From the NCBI GenBank assembly GCA_902802375.1, contig CADCLS010000002.1, positions 63,210-127,209 on the forward strand: DNA of 64,000 nt. The letters run 5' to 3'. The notes under the pieces were generated by a model, which saw only the letters and a list, made by a program, of their open reading frames with translations, ran no database searches and had not been told where the DNA came from. The DNA is from Oscillospiraceae bacterium. Its GTDB lineage: Bacteria; Bacillota; Clostridia; Oscillospirales; Acutalibacteraceae. The translations under genes were made by a program, and so were the position numbers. Positions 60,319 through 64,000 of this stretch are shown piece after piece (within the stretch, counting starts at the first letter, position 1; each line of letters starts with the position of its first letter).

Positions 60319-60657
60319 ATGAAAAAGTACAGAGTAAGAGTAAATGGAAGTCTTTATGAGATAGAGCTCGAGGAAGTAACCGGCGGTTCTTCAGCGCCTA
60401 AGCCTGAAGTTAAAACTGAAGCGCCGAAGGCGGCGGCTTCGGGTGACGGTGAAGCGGTTGCAAGTCCTATGCCGGGCAATATTTTGTCTGTCAATGTTAA
60501 AGAGGGTCAGAGTGTTAATAAGGGCGATGTGCTTATGGTGCTTGAAGCTATGAAAATGGAAAACGAGATTATGGCGCCTGTATCCGGTACAGTTACCGGA
60601 ATAGTAGCAAAAGGTGCGGCCGTACAGACCGGTACTGTTCTTTGCACAATTAAGTGA
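60319..60657 (+). CDS. biotin carboxyl carrier (biotinyl domain) subunit
   Basis: Biotinylation motif [10 protein letters not shown] with an Ala/Pro-rich linker. Confidence 0.85.
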   Translation: MKKYRVRVNGSLYEIELEEVTGGSSAPKPEVKTEAPKAAASGDGEAVASPMPGNILSVNVKEGQSVNKGDVLMVLEAMKMENEIMAPVSGTVTGIVAKGAAVQTGTVLCTIK

Positions 60658-60671
60658 TTTGGTGATATAAA

Positions 60672-61883
60672 ATGCTTGAAAAACTGTTTGATTTTATGAA
60701 AAGCACCGGCTTTTATATGCTTTTCGGTAATATTAAAGATAACTGGGGCTCGCTTGTTATGATATTCGTAGCGCTGTTCCTTTTGTGGCTCGGTATCAAA
60801 AAGCAGTTTGAGCCGTTACTGCTTGTAGGTATTGCTTTTGGTATGCTCCTTACAAACCTTACGGCTTTCACGCCATTTGATGCACTATATCACACCGATT
60901 TATGGGCGCAGTTTATGGATAAGGGTAGTGAGTTTTACCATTCTTACGGACATATAATGTCCGAGGGGGGACTACTCGATTTCCTCTATATAGGCGTTAA
61001 AACCTGCATTTACCCTTGCCTTATATTTGTAGGCATCGGTGCTATGACCGATTTCGGCCCCCTGATTTCAAATCCGAAGTCTTTGATTTTGGGCGCGGCA
61101 GCGCAGGTCGGTATATTTGTTACATTTCTCGGATGCGTTTATATGGCGTTTCCTCAAGAGGCTGCGGCTTCAATAGGTATTATCGGCGGGGCTGACGGTC
61201 CTACCGCGATTTACACAACAAGTAAACTCTATCCTAACCTATTAGGTCCGATAGCGGTTGCGGCGTATTCTTATATGGCGTTAGTACCTGTAATTCAGCC
61301 GCCTATTATGAAGCTTCTTACCACAAAAAAAGAACGCTCAATAGTTATGAAGCCACTCAGAAATGTATCAAAAACCGAGAAAATCATTTTCCCGATAGTA
61401 GTAACGATTTTTGTCGCACTACTTGTGCCTTCCGCTACTCCGCTTGTAGGTTGCCTTATGCTCGGTAATCTTTGGAAAGAATCGGGCGTTTGCGAGCGCC
61501 TTTGTAAGACTGCTCAAAACGAGCTTATGAACATAGTAACGATTTTCTTAGGCATTTCTGTCGGTGCTACCGCTACGGCTCAAGCCTTCCTTAACCTTAA
61601 CACACTTAAAATAATGGCTATGGGTATTGCGGCGTTTGCAATAGGTACAGCAGGCGGCGTGTTGCTTGCAAAGCTTATGAATTTGTTTACAAAAAACAAA
61701 ATCAATCCGCTTATCGGCTCGGCAGGTGTTTCAGCCGTTCCTATGGCGGCGCGCGTTTCGCAGACGGTGGGACAAAAAGAAAATCCCTCGAATTTCCTTT
61801 TAATGCACGCTATGGGACCGAATGTTGCCGGCGTTATCGGCTCAGCTATTGCGGCAGGTGTGCTTATAACACTTTTCGGATAA
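60672..61883 (+). CDS. oadB: Na+-translocating decarboxylase beta subunit
   Basis: 403-aa polytopic protein with the OadB/GcdB/MmdB-like regions [13 protein letters not shown] and [15 protein letters not shown]. Confidence 0.85.
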   Translation: MLEKLFDFMKSTGFYMLFGNIKDNWGSLVMIFVALFLLWLGIKKQFEPLLLVGIAFGMLLTNLTAFTPFDALYHTDLWAQFMDKGSEFYHSYGHIMSEGGLLDFLYIGVKTCIYPCLIFVGIGAMTDFGPLISNPKSLILGAAAQVGIFVTFLGCVYMAFPQEAAASIGIIGGADGPTAIYTTSKLYPNLLGPIAVAAYSYMALVPVIQPPIMKLLTTKKERSIVMKPLRNVSKTEKIIFPIVVTIFVALLVPSATPLVGCLMLGNLWKESGVCERLCKTAQNELMNIVTIFLGISVGATATAQAFLNLNTLKIMAMGIAAFAIGTAGGVLLAKLMNLFTKNKINPLIGSAGVSAVPMAARVSQTVGQKENPSNFLLMHAMGPNVAGVIGSAIAAGVLITLFG

Positions 61884-61895
61884 TGGAGTTTTATT

Positions 61896-63293
61896 ATGGA
61901 TAAAAAACCTTTGTATATTACTGATACTATTTTGCGTGATGCGCATCAGTCTCAAGCGGCAACGCGTATGACGATTGAGGATATGCTTCCGGCGCTCGAA
62001 AAGCTTGACAAGATAGGTTATTGGTCTGTTGAGTGCTGGGGCGGCGCTACATTTGACGCGTGTATGCGTTTTCTGAACGAGGACCCATGGGAGAGACTTC
62101 GCACTATTAAAGCTCATATGCCAAACACTAAGCTTCAGATGCTTTTCCGCGGTCAGAACATTTTAGGATATAAGCATTATGCGGACGATGTGGTTGACGC
62201 ATTTGTTGCAAAGTCAATAGAAAACGGCATAGATGTAATACGAATTTTTGACGCACTGAATGATGTAAGAAATTTAGAGCGTTCGGTTAAATCGTGTAAA
62301 AAGTACGGCGGTATATGCGAAACTGCTATCAGCTATACCGTAAGCCCTGTTCATAATGAGGAGTATTTTGTGAATCTTGCAAAGACCCTTGAAAGTATGG
62401 GCGCTGATGTTATCTGTATAAAAGATATGGCAAATCTGCTTTTGCCGTTTGACGCTTATTCTCTCGTAAAGAAGCTGAAAGCGAATGTAAAAGTGCCGAT
62501 ACATCTTCATACGCATAATACCACCGGTACCGGAGATATGACGAATTTAATGGCGGCAGAGGCCGGCGTTGATATTGTTGATACTGCACTTTCTCCCCTG
62601 GCTAACGGTACTTCTCAACCTTCAACCGAGGCGCTAGTGGCAACACTTAAAGGTACTGAGCGTGATACCGGTCTTGACCTTACCGCATTAAGCGATGTAG
62701 CAACCCACTTCAGAGGTGTAGCAGACCGTCTTAAAAACGCCGGAATTCTTGACCCTAAAGTGTTATCGGTTGATACCAAGGCGCTTATTTATCAGGTTCC
62801 GGGCGGTATGCTTTCAAATATGATAAATCAGTTAAAGCAAGCCGGCAAAGAAGATAAGTATTACGAGGTGCTCGATGAAGTGCCGAGAGTAAGGAAAGAC
62901 TTTGGCTACCCACCGCTTGTAACGCCTACAAGTCAGATAGTCGGTACTCAGGCGGTTATGAATGTAATCTCAGGCGAAAGGTATAAAATGGTACCGAAAG
63001 AGTCTAAGGGACTGCTCAGAGGTGAGTACGGAAAACTTCCGGGCGAGGTTAACGAGGAGGTTCGCAAAAAGGCTATTGGCGACAGTGAGGTTATCACCTG
63101 CCGTCCTGCCGATTTGTTGGAGCCTGAGCTTAAAAAATATGTTGCTGAGATGAAAGAAAAAGGCATTGGCAAGAGCGAAGAAGATGTTTTAAGCTATGCG
63201 CTTTTCCCGGCGGTTGCCGAAAAGTTTTTCAGTGTGCGTGACGGTGAAAAAAATCAAGAAAATTCCGTTAGAGAGCTTACAGTAGAATACTAA
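61896..63293 (+). CDS. oadA: oxaloacetate decarboxylase alpha-type carboxyltransferase subunit (no biotinyl domain)
   Basis: ITDTILRDAHQS (HMGL-like TIM barrel), HLHTHNTTG, and a PYC_OADA-like C-terminal region. The protein ends without a biotin domain. Confidence 0.85.
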   Translation: MDKKPLYITDTILRDAHQSQAATRMTIEDMLPALEKLDKIGYWSVECWGGATFDACMRFLNEDPWERLRTIKAHMPNTKLQMLFRGQNILGYKHYADDVVDAFVAKSIENGIDVIRIFDALNDVRNLERSVKSCKKYGGICETAISYTVSPVHNEEYFVNLAKTLESMGADVICIKDMANLLLPFDAYSLVKKLKANVKVPIHLHTHNTTGTGDMTNLMAAEAGVDIVDTALSPLANGTSQPSTEALVATLKGTERDTGLDLTALSDVATHFRGVADRLKNAGILDPKVLSVDTKALIYQVPGGMLSNMINQLKQAGKEDKYYEVLDEVPRVRKDFGYPPLVTPTSQIVGTQAVMNVISGERYKMVPKESKGLLRGEYGKLPGEVNEEVRKKAIGDSEVITCRPADLLEPELKKYVAEMKEKGIGKSEEDVLSYALFPAVAEKFFSVRDGEKNQENSVRELTVEY

Positions 63294-63298
63294 AACTA

Positions 63299-63323
63299 AA
63301 GCCGCAGGCAGTACCTGCGGCTT
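63299..63323. terminator. bidirectional terminator
   Basis: AAGCCGCAGG-CAGTA-CCTGCGGCTT. Confidence 0.7.
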
Positions 63324-63327
63324 TAAT

Positions 63328-63969
63328 CTATTTAAGAGGCTTTTTATCACTGTCTAAAAGCAAAACTCTGTTAATTTCGTAAAAGCATTCCGTTTTACCT
63401 AAAAACTTTTTAATTATCAAATCCGGATTTACATTTTTGTTATTTCCGGCAGGTAGCGTTATATGAAGTTGAGTATTTTGGTCTTTTTTAACCTCATAAT
63501 CAATAATATCTTCGGCGGCATTTATCAGCTTAATGTCGCCTTTTTTTGTTCTTTTTTCAACTAAGATTTCCTTTTGTGCCATAAAGCTTTCAAGTGCTCC
63601 ATAAAAACTGCCTTCATCTTGAAAGCTTACAACAAACCGAGCAAAGGTAAGCTCAGTTAATTTCTTTTCAGGCTCGGCGGCACTGAAAAAACAATAGTCA
63701 GGCGTGCTGTTTTGATTTAACAACTCACAAATACACTCACAAGGATAATTATCATCTGTAAGCCTTATATCAGCAATCTCGTATTCACTTTTCATACCGA
63801 GCGATAACGGCAGGGCAAAGGTGATATACAGGTGTGGGTTAAAGCCTTCGGTGTACCATACGGGAAGCCCAGCGCGCCTGAGCAGTCTTGACATAAAGCG
63901 CACGGTATCAAGGTGGGACACATATTTTGCGTTGCCGGTCTTTTTATAAAAGAGTCTAATGTTTTTCAT
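63328..63969 (-). CDS. DUF2344 / TIGR03936-type radical-SAM-associated protein
   Basis: N-terminal RLFYKKTGNAKYVSHLDTVRFMSRLLRRAGLPVWYTEGFNPH is typical of that family. Start is the ATG at 63969. Confidence 0.7.
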   Translation of the reverse strand: MKNIRLFYKKTGNAKYVSHLDTVRFMSRLLRRAGLPVWYTEGFNPHLYITFALPLSLGMKSEYEIADIRLTDDNYPCECICELLNQNSTPDYCFFSAAEPEKKLTELTFARFVVSFQDEGSFYGALESFMAQKEILVEKRTKKGDIKLINAAEDIIDYEVKKDQNTQLHITLPAGNNKNVNPDLIIKKFLGKTECFYEINRVLLLDSDKKPLK

Positions 63970-64000
63970 AGCAAACACCTACCTTAAATCGGTTAGCACC

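Overview
This 64 kb segment looks like a Firmicutes (Clostridia) chromosome. Cohesin/dockerin proteins, spoIIID, a ytvI-like gene and a Na+-decarboxylase operon suggest a sporulating Ruminococcus/Oscillospiraceae-like anaerobe, but that is inference only. Most of the window is core metabolism: trxB-nrdD plus nrdG (anaerobic RNR), an ACT-hom-lysC operon, a complete F1Fo ATP synthase operon (atpIBEFHAGDC), tmcAL, ackA, thrS with a T-box leader, gdhA, rpmH-rnpA-yidD-yidC-jag, spoIIID, nth, ruvX-tepA-ftsK, and a Na+-translocating oxaloacetate-type decarboxylase operon. There are three blocks of accessory content. (1) An orphan collagen-like, phage-fibre-like protein. (2) A Wzx/Wzy polysaccharide locus at about 31.7-49.2 kb, AT-rich by eye, carrying capG/capF, two LicD genes, TagD and a racemase. 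(3) Two adjacent cohesin-containing surface proteins, one interrupted by a frameshift inside 141-bp tandem repeats. The most unusual unannotated signal is a tandem pair of promoter-to-terminator units (288-725, minus strand). They are predicted to encode ~180-nt hairpin RNAs whose stems differ between the two copies but stay complementary within each. I saw no CRISPR array, tRNA or rRNA gene, transposase, integrase or recognisable defence system. I see no strong evidence for a novel multi-gene system, only the separate candidates listed. All calls come from reading the sequence and ORF translations; no searches were run.
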